From NCBI GenBank assembly GCA_045539595.1, contig JAZQFQ010000020.1:4497-68496 (forward strand): a stretch of 64,000 nucleotides of DNA. Reading direction: 5' to 3'. Shown here piece by piece: positions 34,565 through 43,640 of the stretch. Made by a program: the position numbers and the translations under genes. The stretch comes from Eubacteriales bacterium (GTDB taxonomy: Bacteria > Bacillota > Clostridia > Oscillospirales > CAG-272). A model generated the notes under the pieces. It worked only from the letters and a program-made list of their open reading frames with translations. It ran no database searches and was not told the DNA's origin. Within the stretch, counting starts at the first letter, position 1. Each line of letters opens with the position of its first letter.

Positions 34565-36029
34565 GATCCTCCACCTCCCGCACTATGTCTTCTCTCTTGC
34601 GCACCAGCCAGGATCCGCCGCCGGATTTCGTGATGTGATCCAGCGTGGTGTCCTGATCCGCTGCCAGCAGTGCCGCCGCACGGGGGGAGCAGAATCCGCC
34701 CTGACAGCGTCCCATACCGGCCCGCGTGCGCCGCTTCAGCATATCGATATCCCGGGCCGGGAGGGGCGAGTGCATGGCACTCAGCAGATCGCCCTCCGTC
34801 ACCGTTTCGCATCGGCAGATGATCCGTCCGTAGGCGGGATCGGCGGCGATGGCGGCGGCGCGCTCCTCGTCCGTCATCTCGGCGAACAGCTTGGGATTGC
34901 CCTCCGTCCGCCGGGTGGGGATGTAATTCTCCCGCTTTCGCAAGATCAATCCGTCCTCAGAGAGCAGCTGCACAATATACTCCGCCACAGCGGGTGAGGA
35001 CGCCAGTCCCGGGGATTCCACGCCGATGGCGTGGATGATGCCTTTTTTCTCCTCCGAGGCAAAGAGCATGAAATCGTGGGTGGACGGCGTGGCACGGATG
35101 CCCGCGAAGTTCGTGATGGACTGGCGGGGATTCACCGACGGCACGAGCCGTTTAGCCCCCGCCGTGATCTCGGCCAGGCCGGCCGCCGTCACGGATGTAT
35201 CGCCCCGCTCCACTTCATTGGCGTTGGGGCCGATCAGCAGATTCCCGTGGACGGTGCGCGCCACCAAAACGCCCTTGCCTTTGGCGGAGGGCGCGGCAAA
35301 CAGCGTGGAGTTCACTGTACCGCCGCACTTTTTATCCATCAGGATATATTCGCCGCGGCGCGGAGTGATCTGTACATCCAGCCCCTCGTCGCCCAGCATT
35401 TTTGCCACATCCGCCGAGGATACCCCGGCCGCATTGACGATGCGGCGAGCGCAGATGGTATCCGTTCCGTTACTCACCGTATAGTAGCCATCCGTCTCCC
35501 GGGCACTGCTGACGGTGAATCGGAAATAGAAATCCACCCCGTTGGTGGCGGCATTCTCCGCCGCCGCGATGGCCAGCCCATAGGGGCACACGATGCCCGC
35601 GCCGGGTGCCCACAGCGAGGCGGTAGCCGCCTCGGAGATGTTGGGCTCCACTTGCCGCAGTTCCTCCCGGGTCAGTATCCGCAGGCCCGGCACACCGTTT
35701 CGGATGCCCCGGTCGTACAGTTCGCGCAGAGTGGCCTCATCTTCCTCGCCGAAAGCTACCACATGGGATCCGCACTTCTTGTAGGACACGCCCAGCGTGC
35801 GGCAGATCTCCTCCATCATGGCGCATCCGCGCACGTTCATTTTCGCTTTCATGGTGCCGGGCACGCAGTCGTATCCCGCATGGACAATGGCGGAATTGGC
35901 ACGGGTGGCCTCCCAGGCCACGTCCGGTCCCGCCTCGGCCACGGCCACTGAGCAGTCGTATGCCGCCAGGCAGCGTGCCGTCATCGTCCCCGTGATTCCT
36001 GCACCGATAATCAGTACATCGTAAATCAT
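34557..36029 (-). CDS. FAD-dependent glycerol-3-phosphate dehydrogenase/oxidase-like flavoprotein with a BFD-like [2Fe-2S] segment
   Basis: Start MIYDVLIIGAGITG (cat at 36027-36029, GGAG RBS) inside track ORF 34557..36230. C-terminal CRCETVTEGDL...GMGRCQGGFC. Confidence 0.8.
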   Translation of the reverse strand: MIYDVLIIGAGITGTMTARCLAAYDCSVAVAEAGPDVAWEATRANSAIVHAGYDCVPGTMKAKMNVRGCAMMEEICRTLGVSYKKCGSHVVAFGEEDEATLRELYDRGIRNGVPGLRILTREELRQVEPNISEAATASLWAPGAGIVCPYGLAIAAAENAATNGVDFYFRFTVSSARETDGYYTVSNGTDTICARRIVNAAGVSSADVAKMLGDEGLDVQITPRRGEYILMDKKCGGTVNSTLFAAPSAKGKGVLVARTVHGNLLIGPNANEVERGDTSVTAAGLAEITAGAKRLVPSVNPRQSITNFAGIRATPSTHDFMLFASEEKKGIIHAIGVESPGLASSPAVAEYIVQLLSEDGLILRKRENYIPTRRTEGNPKLFAEMTDEERAAAIAADPAYGRIICRCETVTEGDLLSAMHSPLPARDIDMLKRRTRAGMGRCQGGFCSPRAAALLAADQDTTLDHITKSGGGSWLVRKREDIVREVEDHA

Positions 36030-36247
36030 GTTGTCACTCCGTTTCCGTCTGCAAACGTATTTCTTCAATAGAAGTATAGCACATTTTTTTCGCGCAAACA
36101 AGCGGTTATGCCGTATTTTATGCCGTCGAAATATATAAATATACTGTTTGTAAAAATACAAAATCCGGCACTTTGCACATCCCGTACATACACAGTGAGA
36201 AAAAACGTCCGTCCATGGGAAAAGATGCATCTTTTTTTCGCCGCATC

Positions 36248-36276
36248 TTGCAAATCGCCGCGGCGGATGCTATACT
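36248..36276 (+). promoter_or_regulatory. Promoter of the mini-RNase III gene; geometry implies a leaderless mRNA
   Basis: TTGCAA 36248-36253, 17 nt, TGcTATACT (TATACT at 36271-36276). ATG 36283 lies 7 nt after the -10 and no SD is present. Confidence 0.6.
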
Positions 36277-36282
36277 AATAGT

Positions 36283-36684
36283 ATGGATATGAATTTGAAC
36301 AATAAACAAACGGCGCAAGCCGCTTCCTCCGCGCAGTTGGCTTATCTGGGCGACGCGGTACTGGAAGTGCTGGTCCGCCGCCAACTGGTGCTGAACAACG
36401 CACCCCACCCCAGCGAAACAGCGCTCTCCTATGTAACCGCCGCCGCGCAAAGCGATGCCCTGGAGCGGATTCTTCCCCATTTGACGGAGGAGGAAGAGGC
36501 CATCTACCGCCGGGCGCGCAACTCGGTGCACGCCAATGTGCCCAAGCGGGCTACCGTGGCACAATACCGCCGCGCCACGGGCTTTGAGGCTCTCTTTGCC
36601 TATCTGCACCTGATGGGGGATACGGATCGCATGGAGTGTCTGTTCCGCCTTGCCTACCCGGATATTATGGGGACGGAACCGTAA
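36283..36684 (+). CDS. mrnC: Mini-ribonuclease 3 (Mini-III)
   Basis: LAYLGDAVLEVLVRR catalytic signature and GFEALFAYLHL. At 133 aa the N-terminal length matches B. subtilis MrnC as I recall it. Confidence 0.85.
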   Translation: MDMNLNNKQTAQAASSAQLAYLGDAVLEVLVRRQLVLNNAPHPSETALSYVTAAAQSDALERILPHLTEEEEAIYRRARNSVHANVPKRATVAQYRRATGFEALFAYLHLMGDTDRMECLFRLAYPDIMGTEP

Positions 36685-36724
36685 TCCTTGTCCCCGCATA
36701 GAATAGAACATGGAGGATCTACAT

Positions 36725-37105
36725 ATGGATTTCATGGATAAGATGAGTGAATGGGCGCAGAAGATTTCCGACAAGACCAACGAAGTGGTGGAAATCGGCA
36801 AACTGCACGCCAGCAATTTCAGCAAAAACGAAAAGGCAAACGAACTGAAAAAACAGATCGGTGAGATCTGCTTCAGCAAGTACCGGGCCGGAGACGAGCT
36901 CGATCCGGAGATTGAGAATCTTTGCGCCGAGATCAAGAAACTCAAAGGACAGATCGCAGAAAACGAGCGAACCATCCGCCGCATGAAGGAAACCGCCAAC
37001 GGCACCGTAGATATGGCGGCGGCGGGATTCTGTCCCTATTGCGGTGCGGATCTGGCCAAGGATTCCAGATTCTGTGCCCGGTGCGGCAAGGAGATTGTAC
37101 GGTAA
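36725..37105 (+). CDS. Coiled-coil protein with a C-terminal zinc ribbon
   Basis: Start MDFMDKM (ATG 36725) 7 nt after GGAGGA, inside track ORF 36710..37105. C-terminal CPYCGADL...CARCG. Confidence 0.7.
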   Translation: MDFMDKMSEWAQKISDKTNEVVEIGKLHASNFSKNEKANELKKQIGEICFSKYRAGDELDPEIENLCAEIKKLKGQIAENERTIRRMKETANGTVDMAAAGFCPYCGADLAKDSRFCARCGKEIVR

Positions 37106-37121
37106 CAAAAAGAAGATGATT

Positions 37122-37160
37122 TATGCCAAGTACCCGTAAGGATACTTGGCATAACCATTT
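37122..37160 (+). terminator. Hairpin terminator after the zinc-ribbon gene
   Basis: TATGCCAAGTA (37122-37132) pairs with TACTTGGCATA (37143-37153), 11 bp. The following T tract is weak (ACCATTTTAT). Confidence 0.55.
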
Positions 37161-37234
37161 TATATCGCTTAATAATATTATTGCTTACAGTAGCGTATTT
37201 AGTTACAATTGAATAAATTTTCGGGAGGTGCAAT

Positions 37235-37819
37235 ATGAAAACTTTTAGTTTTCTAAAAAAGATAAAATACGAACAAATCGAAGACAACCTTTCTCAAACA
37301 GAAATCGAAACATTTGAAAAAACAAATAACATTTCCTTACCGGAAGATTATAAATATTTTTTGATGCATATTGGAAATGGTGTTCGTATTACCATGCCTA
37401 ATGGTAAAGAAAGAATTGTAAACGGAATTAAACGTGCAAATCTTTATAATCACAACAAGTTATTGAGTCAACCTTTTATCTTTGATAAAGCTTTTTTACA
37501 TACCGAGAATCAAGACCCTGTAGAGTGGTTTAAGGATTGCATAAATCCCGAACTTGACGATGAAGAAATTTGTTCTAAATGCAGGCACTTTGATAAATGC
37601 CCTTTTGCTTATGCTGATTCTCTTGATATAGATAGTATGCCATACTATAGTGGTGTGATTTCAATCTGTCATGCGGGCTGCACTTATCAATATTGTTTAG
37701 TGCTCACGGGAAACCATTTTGGAGAAATTTGGATGGATAATGAATTGCGTGATTTTATTCCATCTAAACGAACTTTTGCGGAGTTTATAAAATGGGTTGC
37801 AACTTCAAAGTTTTATTAA
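37235..37819 (+). CDS. SMI1/KNR4 (SUKH-1 superfamily) protein, immunity-protein-like
   Basis: LPEDYKYFLMHIGNG signature of SMI1_KNR4, and a Cys-rich insert CSKCRHFDKCPF...CHAGC. GGGAGG RBS. Confidence 0.75.
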   Translation: MKTFSFLKKIKYEQIEDNLSQTEIETFEKTNNISLPEDYKYFLMHIGNGVRITMPNGKERIVNGIKRANLYNHNKLLSQPFIFDKAFLHTENQDPVEWFKDCINPELDDEEICSKCRHFDKCPFAYADSLDIDSMPYYSGVISICHAGCTYQYCLVLTGNHFGEIWMDNELRDFIPSKRTFAEFIKWVATSKFY

Positions 37820-37911
37820 GTTTTTTGAGTTAGTCAAAGGGGTTTAGGTTCACCTAACGAGTGATACTTGGGCGCCCAAATGTCCTGCTTGTTATGGTAT
37901 AAGATATAATT

Positions 37912-37946
37912 AAAGGAAGCATGAAAATTCGTGCTTCCTTTTTTAT
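37912..37946. terminator. Bidirectional terminator between the SUKH gene and the convergent ABC exporter
   Basis: AAGGAAGCA (37913-37921) pairs with TGCTTCCTT (37932-37940), followed by TTTTT. Confidence 0.8.
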
Positions 37947-37981
37947 TATCCTTTAGAGTATAACCCTTATGGCATCTCCTT

Positions 37982-39691
37982 TTATTTTTCCACGCCGCGC
38001 CACAGGCCGGCGTATATTCCGTTTTGCGCAAGCAGGCTGTCGTGATTGCCCCGCTCCGCGATGCCGCTGTCCGTCACCACCAGGATCTCGTCCGCGTTCC
38101 GCACCGTGGTCAATCGGTGAGCCACCACGATGGTGGTTCTGCCCTTACAGAGCTCCTCCAGGCTGTGCTGGATCATCTGCTCCGTCACGTTATCGAGGGC
38201 GGAGGTGGCCTCATCCAAAATCAGAATGGGCGGATTCTTCAAAAAGATGCGGGCGATGGCCAATCTCTGCTTCTGGCCGCCGGACAGCTTCATGCCCCGC
38301 TCGCCCACCACGGTCTGATATCCCTCGGGCATGGTCAAAATATAGTCGTGGATATTGGCACGCCGTGCCGCCTCTTCCACCGCTTCGCGGGTGGCGTCGG
38401 GGCATCCGTAGGCAATATTATCGTAAATGGACGCGTTGAACATAAACACATCCTGAGCCACGATGCCGATGTTATGCCGCAGGGACAAACGGCTCATCGC
38501 CCGGACATCCATCCCATCGATGGAGATGGATCCGCCATCCACCTCGTAGAAGCGGGGGATCAGATGGCAGATGGTGGTTTTACCGCCGCCGGAGGGGCCA
38601 ACCAGCGCCAGCGTTTTGCCTGCCTCCAGGGTGAAGGACAGGCCATCCAGCACTGTCTTGCCGTCGTCGTAGGAGAAGGTCACATCGTTGAAGGCGATCT
38701 CGCCCCGCAGAGTTCCCACATCCACCGCGTCGGGAGCATCCTGCTCGGGCCGGGCTTCCATGATCTCCACGAACCGCTTGAAGCCCGTCATACCGTTCTG
38801 GAACTGTTCCACAAAGCCGATCAGCCGGCGGATGGGATTCATGAACACGCTGATGTACAGAAGGAACGCGGCAAAGTCACCTACATTGATTTTTCCATAG
38901 TAGACAAAAAGGCCGCCGGACAGATACAAAACCACATTCAGCAGATCCCCGATCATGGTCGTGCCGGCGGAAAATTCCGCCATGACCTTGTACGCCCCGG
39001 TGCGGGCGTGGACGAATCGGTTATTGCCTGCGGCAAAATTCGCATTCTCGTACGCCCGGTTGGTGTACGCCTTGGACACCCGGATACCGGAAATGCTGTT
39101 TTCCAGATTGGCATTGATTTCGCCCATCTCCACGCGGGTGGCCGCAAAGGCATCGCTCATTTTACGCCGTTTTTTAGCGGCAAAGAATACCATAAACGGC
39201 ACCATTGCCACCACGATCAGTGCCAAGGGCACGTAGATGTCACACATCAGAATAAAGGAACCGATCAGCATAATGAGGGAGATAAACAGATCCTCCGGTC
39301 CGTGGTGGGCCAGTTCTGTAATATCCATCAGGTCGCTGGTGATGCGGGACATGATGGTACCCGTTTTATGATTGTCGAAATAGGAAAAAGGCAGTTTCTG
39401 CAGATGGTCAAACACATCCCGGCGCATATCCGCCTGCATCCGCACGCCCACCAGATGGCCGTAGTACTGGATGAAGTAATTCAGGCACATTTTCAGAATA
39501 TAAATACCGAGAAGGACGGCGGCGCAGAGGAGCAGCGAATCCAGCATCCGATTGGGAATGTGATCGTTGATCATCTCCCGGGTGATCATGGGGTACACCA
39601 GATCGCAGAAGGACAACAGAAGTGCGCAAGCCAGATCGGCCATAAACAGCCGCATATGGGGCTTATAATATCGGATAAATCGTTGAATCAT
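37982..39691 (-). CDS. ABC exporter, fused permease/ATPase (MsbA/multidrug type)
   Basis: 569 aa. Six-TM N-terminal half, Walker A GPSGGGKTT, signature [13 protein letters not shown], Walker B LILDEATSALD. Confidence 0.9.
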   Translation of the reverse strand: MIQRFIRYYKPHMRLFMADLACALLLSFCDLVYPMITREMINDHIPNRMLDSLLLCAAVLLGIYILKMCLNYFIQYYGHLVGVRMQADMRRDVFDHLQKLPFSYFDNHKTGTIMSRITSDLMDITELAHHGPEDLFISLIMLIGSFILMCDIYVPLALIVVAMVPFMVFFAAKKRRKMSDAFAATRVEMGEINANLENSISGIRVSKAYTNRAYENANFAAGNNRFVHARTGAYKVMAEFSAGTTMIGDLLNVVLYLSGGLFVYYGKINVGDFAAFLLYISVFMNPIRRLIGFVEQFQNGMTGFKRFVEIMEARPEQDAPDAVDVGTLRGEIAFNDVTFSYDDGKTVLDGLSFTLEAGKTLALVGPSGGGKTTICHLIPRFYEVDGGSISIDGMDVRAMSRLSLRHNIGIVAQDVFMFNASIYDNIAYGCPDATREAVEEAARRANIHDYILTMPEGYQTVVGERGMKLSGGQKQRLAIARIFLKNPPILILDEATSALDNVTEQMIQHSLEELCKGRTTIVVAHRLTTVRNADEILVVTDSGIAERGNHDSLLAQNGIYAGLWRGVEK

Positions 39692-39792
39692 ACAACAACC
39701 TCGATTATAGATAGATCGCAGGCCGCGATGCGGCCCGTCAATGGAAAGGGATGCCGCAAAAACGGCATCCCTTTCGTATTTCGTTGATGGAA

Positions 39793-40929
39793 TCAGAACA
39801 ACTGGGTTCCGTTGTTCTTGGCAGGCTCTGCCTTGCGGCGGTTCTTCAGCATATCGATGATCTCGTTGAACTCGTCGTCAGAGATGGAGGAAGCATTCTC
39901 CTCGTCGTTCACATCATTATTTTTTTTTTCGTCTTCCGCCGATGCAGCGCCGTTCTGCGCAGCCTCTTCTGCCTTGTTGGCAAAACCAGTAGCGATGATG
40001 GTGATCTTCATCTTATCTTCCAACTCAGGATCGAAGGCCACACCGAAGATTACGTTGGCGTCGGGTGCAGTCTCGGACTTGATCATAGTGGAAGCAATAT
40101 CGATATCCTCCAGACCGATGTCGGGAGAAGCAGTGATGCTGATGATGATACCGCGTGCGCCGGAGATGGAGGTCTCAAGCAGCGGGCTGGAGATAGCGGC
40201 CTTGGCTGCCAGCTCTGCCTTTTCCTTGCCGGTAGCCTCGCCTACGCCCATGTGTGCGTAGCCGGCTTCCTTCATAACAGCGGTTACGTCGGCAAAGTCC
40301 AGGTTGATGTAGCCGGGAACATTGATCATCTCGCAGATGCTCTGTACGCCGTGGCTGAGAACATCGTCCGCGATAGCGAATGCATTGAACAGGGTGATGC
40401 GGGTTTCGGAAACCTGCTTCAGTCTTTCGTTGGGGATGATAACCAGAGAATCCACGAACTGGCCGAACTCCTGGATACCGGCCTCCGCCTGGGTCATTCT
40501 CTTCTCACCCTCGAAGGCGAAGGGCTTGGTTACCACACCGATGGTGAGGATACCCATTTCCTGCGCGATCTTGGCTACGATGGGAGCCGCACCGGTACCG
40601 GTACCGCCGCCCATACCGGCGGTGATGAACACCATATCCGCACCGGTAATGGAGTTGCGGATCTCCTCCAGGCTCTCCTCAGCGGCGCGTGCGCCGATCT
40701 CGGGATTCGCACCGGCACCGTGACCCTTGGTGATCTTCTCACCGATCGGAATCTTGTGCTGTGCGCTGGAGCGGGCCAGGGCCTGCTTGTCCGTGTTGAT
40801 GGCGATGAAATCCACGCCGCGGACATTGGACGAAATCATGCGGTTGACAGCGTTGTTTCCGCCGCCGCCGACACCAATCACTTTAATATTTACACCGGTT
40901 TCAAAGTTATCATCAAATTCGAATGGCAT
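39793..40929 (-). CDS. ftsZ: Cell division GTPase FtsZ
   Basis: Start MPFEFDD (cat at 40927-40929, GGAGG RBS). [10 protein letters not shown] and tubulin signature [10 protein letters not shown]. Confidence 0.95.
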   Translation of the reverse strand: MPFEFDDNFETGVNIKVIGVGGGGNNAVNRMISSNVRGVDFIAINTDKQALARSSAQHKIPIGEKITKGHGAGANPEIGARAAEESLEEIRNSITGADMVFITAGMGGGTGTGAAPIVAKIAQEMGILTIGVVTKPFAFEGEKRMTQAEAGIQEFGQFVDSLVIIPNERLKQVSETRITLFNAFAIADDVLSHGVQSICEMINVPGYINLDFADVTAVMKEAGYAHMGVGEATGKEKAELAAKAAISSPLLETSISGARGIIISITASPDIGLEDIDIASTMIKSETAPDANVIFGVAFDPELEDKMKITIIATGFANKAEEAAQNGAASAEDEKKNNDVNDEENASSISDDEFNEIIDMLKNRRKAEPAKNNGTQLF

Positions 40930-41159
40930 TATTATGTCCTCCGTTAACATTATTTATGGAAGCGTGCCGCCGCACAGGCATAGTGCGGCAATTGTCTTAT
41001 ACAATATAATATACTTAATTTTTGATTTTTGCAATACATTTCGCAGATTTTTTCAAGATTTTTTTGATTTTTTGCCGTTTTTTTATCAAAAGCGGGCTAA
41101 AATCGTTTTTCTGCATCTGCAGAATGTTATTTTCTGGTTTTATTCATTTGCAGAAAAGT

Positions 41160-42458
41160 TTATGCGTCCAAATCCAGCTGATTGTCCAGAATGACACTGG
41201 TGGAATCGCTGACGCTCAAGTCAATCTGGGCCTTGACATCCGTTTTGAACAACTCGTCCGCCAGTACCGCGGAGGCCACCTTCATCTTGATGCCCAGATC
41301 CGTATTGCTGCCGAACTCCAGAAGGAACCGCTTGTCCGCCACCATGCTCACCTGATAGGGGTTGCGCAGATCCACCGACGTGATCCTCTCCGACAGCACG
41401 GAGGATAATATCTCCGCCGTAGTCTCCCGGATCTGCCGGGCGAGTTTTTCCTCCCGGAACTGGACGACGCGGCCCGCCATGGCACTCTGGATCTCGGGCA
41501 TACGCAGGCGGATCAAGCCGAGTGCATCGATATCGCTCTGGCTGACCCGATCCAGTACGCGAAGGGACGGCGACAATGCTCGCACTTCCCCGTAGATCTC
41601 CGCATAGAAGACCGCCGTGTCCTCCGTAACGGTGAAGTGCACCGTGGAGGGAGCTTTGCGGGACACATCCAATTCCCGCACATAGGGATATTGCAGTGTC
41701 ACCGCGTTTTCCGCGATCCGCGAGCTGAAGGAATACAGATTGTCTCCCGCCTCCACACCGGATGCCTGCAAAATCTCCTCGGAGGTATACCGCTGGGAGC
41801 CCGACACATCCACGTCCCGGATCACATACAACAGCTTGTACACCACCGCCAGTGCACAGCCCACGAACAAAGTCATCATGAGAAGGGCGGACAGCGCCCG
41901 GTTTATCTGGTATCGGATCTTCCGCTTGCGGGCCAGCCGATAGGCTTCCAGTTTGCGGGCATCCCGCTCCTTCTGGCTGATGAAAATTTCGTCCGTATTC
42001 ATCGCCGGATCGGGATCACTGCGGCGTCCCTGCCGCGGGGCGGCCCGGGGGGGAGCTTTCGGCGCCGCCTGACCGGTATGAGGCCCACGGCGAATGCCCT
42101 CTGTTCCCATCCGGCTTACGCGTTTTGCACCGGCTGCCGGTCCATGGGACGCGGCTTGCGCGCGGGCAGGCCGGGCTCGTCCGGGTGGTGCCGCGGCGGC
42201 GGTTCGCACCATGGCATCCCGTACCTTATACGGATTTCGCGCCCGCGGCTCATCTTGGGGGCGCATGCCGTACAGAATCTCCGCCTCACGGATTTTCTGC
42301 GCCAATCCGGCATTGGGCACGGTTGGCTGTACCCGGGATGGCCGCCGCAGAGGCACCGCGTCCTCGCCACGAATCTCGTGCACCGGGCGGCGGGTTTTGG
42401 CGTAATGCCCTGCCCGTTCTCTTACGCCGTAGGCAGTGAAATACTCCGTTTTGTTCAC
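41160..42458 (-). CDS. ftsQ: FtsQ/DivIB-type division protein (POTRA) with a ~186-aa basic low-complexity N-terminal tail
   Basis: GTG start after AGGAGGAG. One TM (ALSALLMMTLFVGCALAVV), then a POTRA-like segment IRDVDVSGSQRYTSEEILQASGV. Gene position is between murG and ftsZ. Confidence 0.8.
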   Translation of the reverse strand: MNKTEYFTAYGVRERAGHYAKTRRPVHEIRGEDAVPLRRPSRVQPTVPNAGLAQKIREAEILYGMRPQDEPRARNPYKVRDAMVRTAAAAPPGRARPARAQAASHGPAAGAKRVSRMGTEGIRRGPHTGQAAPKAPPRAAPRQGRRSDPDPAMNTDEIFISQKERDARKLEAYRLARKRKIRYQINRALSALLMMTLFVGCALAVVYKLLYVIRDVDVSGSQRYTSEEILQASGVEAGDNLYSFSSRIAENAVTLQYPYVRELDVSRKAPSTVHFTVTEDTAVFYAEIYGEVRALSPSLRVLDRVSQSDIDALGLIRLRMPEIQSAMAGRVVQFREEKLARQIRETTAEILSSVLSERITSVDLRNPYQVSMVADKRFLLEFGSNTDLGIKMKVASAVLADELFKTDVKAQIDLSVSDSTSVILDNQLDLDA

Positions 42459-42491
42459 CGCATCTCCTCCTCTCTTGTGGGATGTGCGTGA

Positions 42492-43628
42492 TTACTTCTT
42501 TTTCTTTTTCACCAGATCCAATAGATCCAGATAAATTTTCTTGTTGGCATCGGGTACAGCGAAGGAACGGATTTTTCCTTCCATTTCGTGCCGCTCCGCC
42601 GCACCGGCGTCGGAGAGCAGATATGCCACCTTCTGTGTCAGAGGGGCCGCCTCCGTGGTTTCCAGATCCTTTTCCTCAAACAGCGCCGCCGCGCCCGCAT
42701 CCACCAGTACCTTGGCATTTTTGTACTGATGATTATCCGTCACGTTGGGGGACGGGATGAACACAGCGCACTTGCTGCCGATGGCCAATTCCGATATGGT
42801 CATGGCACCGGCACGGCAGATGGTCACATCTGCCGCCGCCATCTGGTACGGCATATCGTAGATATATTCCACCAGCTTGATGTTTTCATACTGATCCAGT
42901 CCCATTTCCTTGAACCAGCCGCCGCACAGTTCTTTTTCAATGGCGCCGGTGGCATGGAGATGATAGACCTCGGGATGCTTGGCGGTGAAATCCCGCATCA
43001 GTTTCAGAACGGCAGCATTCAGGCGCTCCGCGCCCATGCTTCCGCCGTAGGAAAGAATGAAATACTTATATTTATCGGGAATGCCGAGAATCCTCCGCGC
43101 TTCCTCGCGGCTGGGTGCCACGGCGGGATGCAGGGTGGGATTGCCCACGCGAAGCAGTTTCTCTGGGCATTTCAGCGCATTCCCCGTTTCCGCAAAATTC
43201 AGATACACGCGGTCCACGCAGGGGGCCAGCATACGAACCGCCACGCCGGGGATGGCGTTGGACTCGTGCAAGGCGCAGGGGATCCCCATCCGGGATGCGG
43301 CCTTCACCACCGGCCAGCTCACATAGCCGCCCGTTCCCACCACCAGGTCGGGCCGGAACTCCCGCAGGATCTTTTTGGCCTTGATGGGAGAAACCAGGGT
43401 CAGATAGGCGGTTTTCAGGTTGGATAAGGACAGAGATCGGCGGATACCGCGAATCTCCACAAAATACAACGGATATCCGGCGGCGGGCACCAGCTTGGAT
43501 TCGATGCCGTGCTGTGTTCCCACATACGCGATCTCGGCCGTGGAGTCATTCTGTTTGATGGTATTGGCAATGGCGAGGGCGGGATTCACATGGCCACCCG
43601 TGCCGCCGCCGGTCATTAGAACACGCAT
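42492..43628 (-). CDS. murG: UDP-GlcNAc:lipid I GlcNAc transferase MurG
   Basis: MRVLMTGGGTGGHVNPALA N-terminus. 378 aa. Confidence 0.95.
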   Translation of the reverse strand: MRVLMTGGGTGGHVNPALAIANTIKQNDSTAEIAYVGTQHGIESKLVPAAGYPLYFVEIRGIRRSLSLSNLKTAYLTLVSPIKAKKILREFRPDLVVGTGGYVSWPVVKAASRMGIPCALHESNAIPGVAVRMLAPCVDRVYLNFAETGNALKCPEKLLRVGNPTLHPAVAPSREEARRILGIPDKYKYFILSYGGSMGAERLNAAVLKLMRDFTAKHPEVYHLHATGAIEKELCGGWFKEMGLDQYENIKLVEYIYDMPYQMAAADVTICRAGAMTISELAIGSKCAVFIPSPNVTDNHQYKNAKVLVDAGAAALFEEKDLETTEAAPLTQKVAYLLSDAGAAERHEMEGKIRSFAVPDANKKIYLDLLDLVKKKKK

Positions 43629-43640
43629 AAATCCTCCGGA

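Larger units (their letters stand above)
37106..37960. other. AT-rich islet (probable horizontally acquired insertion)
   Basis: Hand counts: lines 37201-37260 and 37261-37320 have 15/60 and 18/60 G+C, versus 36/60 for line 36961-37020. The islet carries a single gene. Confidence 0.75.

Noticed and set aside
37141-37871. 9-bp direct repeat GATACTTGG (37141-37149 and 37863-37871) bracketing the SUKH gene, considered as a target-site duplication or att remnant
   Set aside because: For a ~800-bp interval the expected number of chance 9-mer matches is about one (roughly 3x10^5 pairs / 2.6x10^5). The left copy is simply part of a terminator stem. It is not sufficient evidence of an insertion scar.
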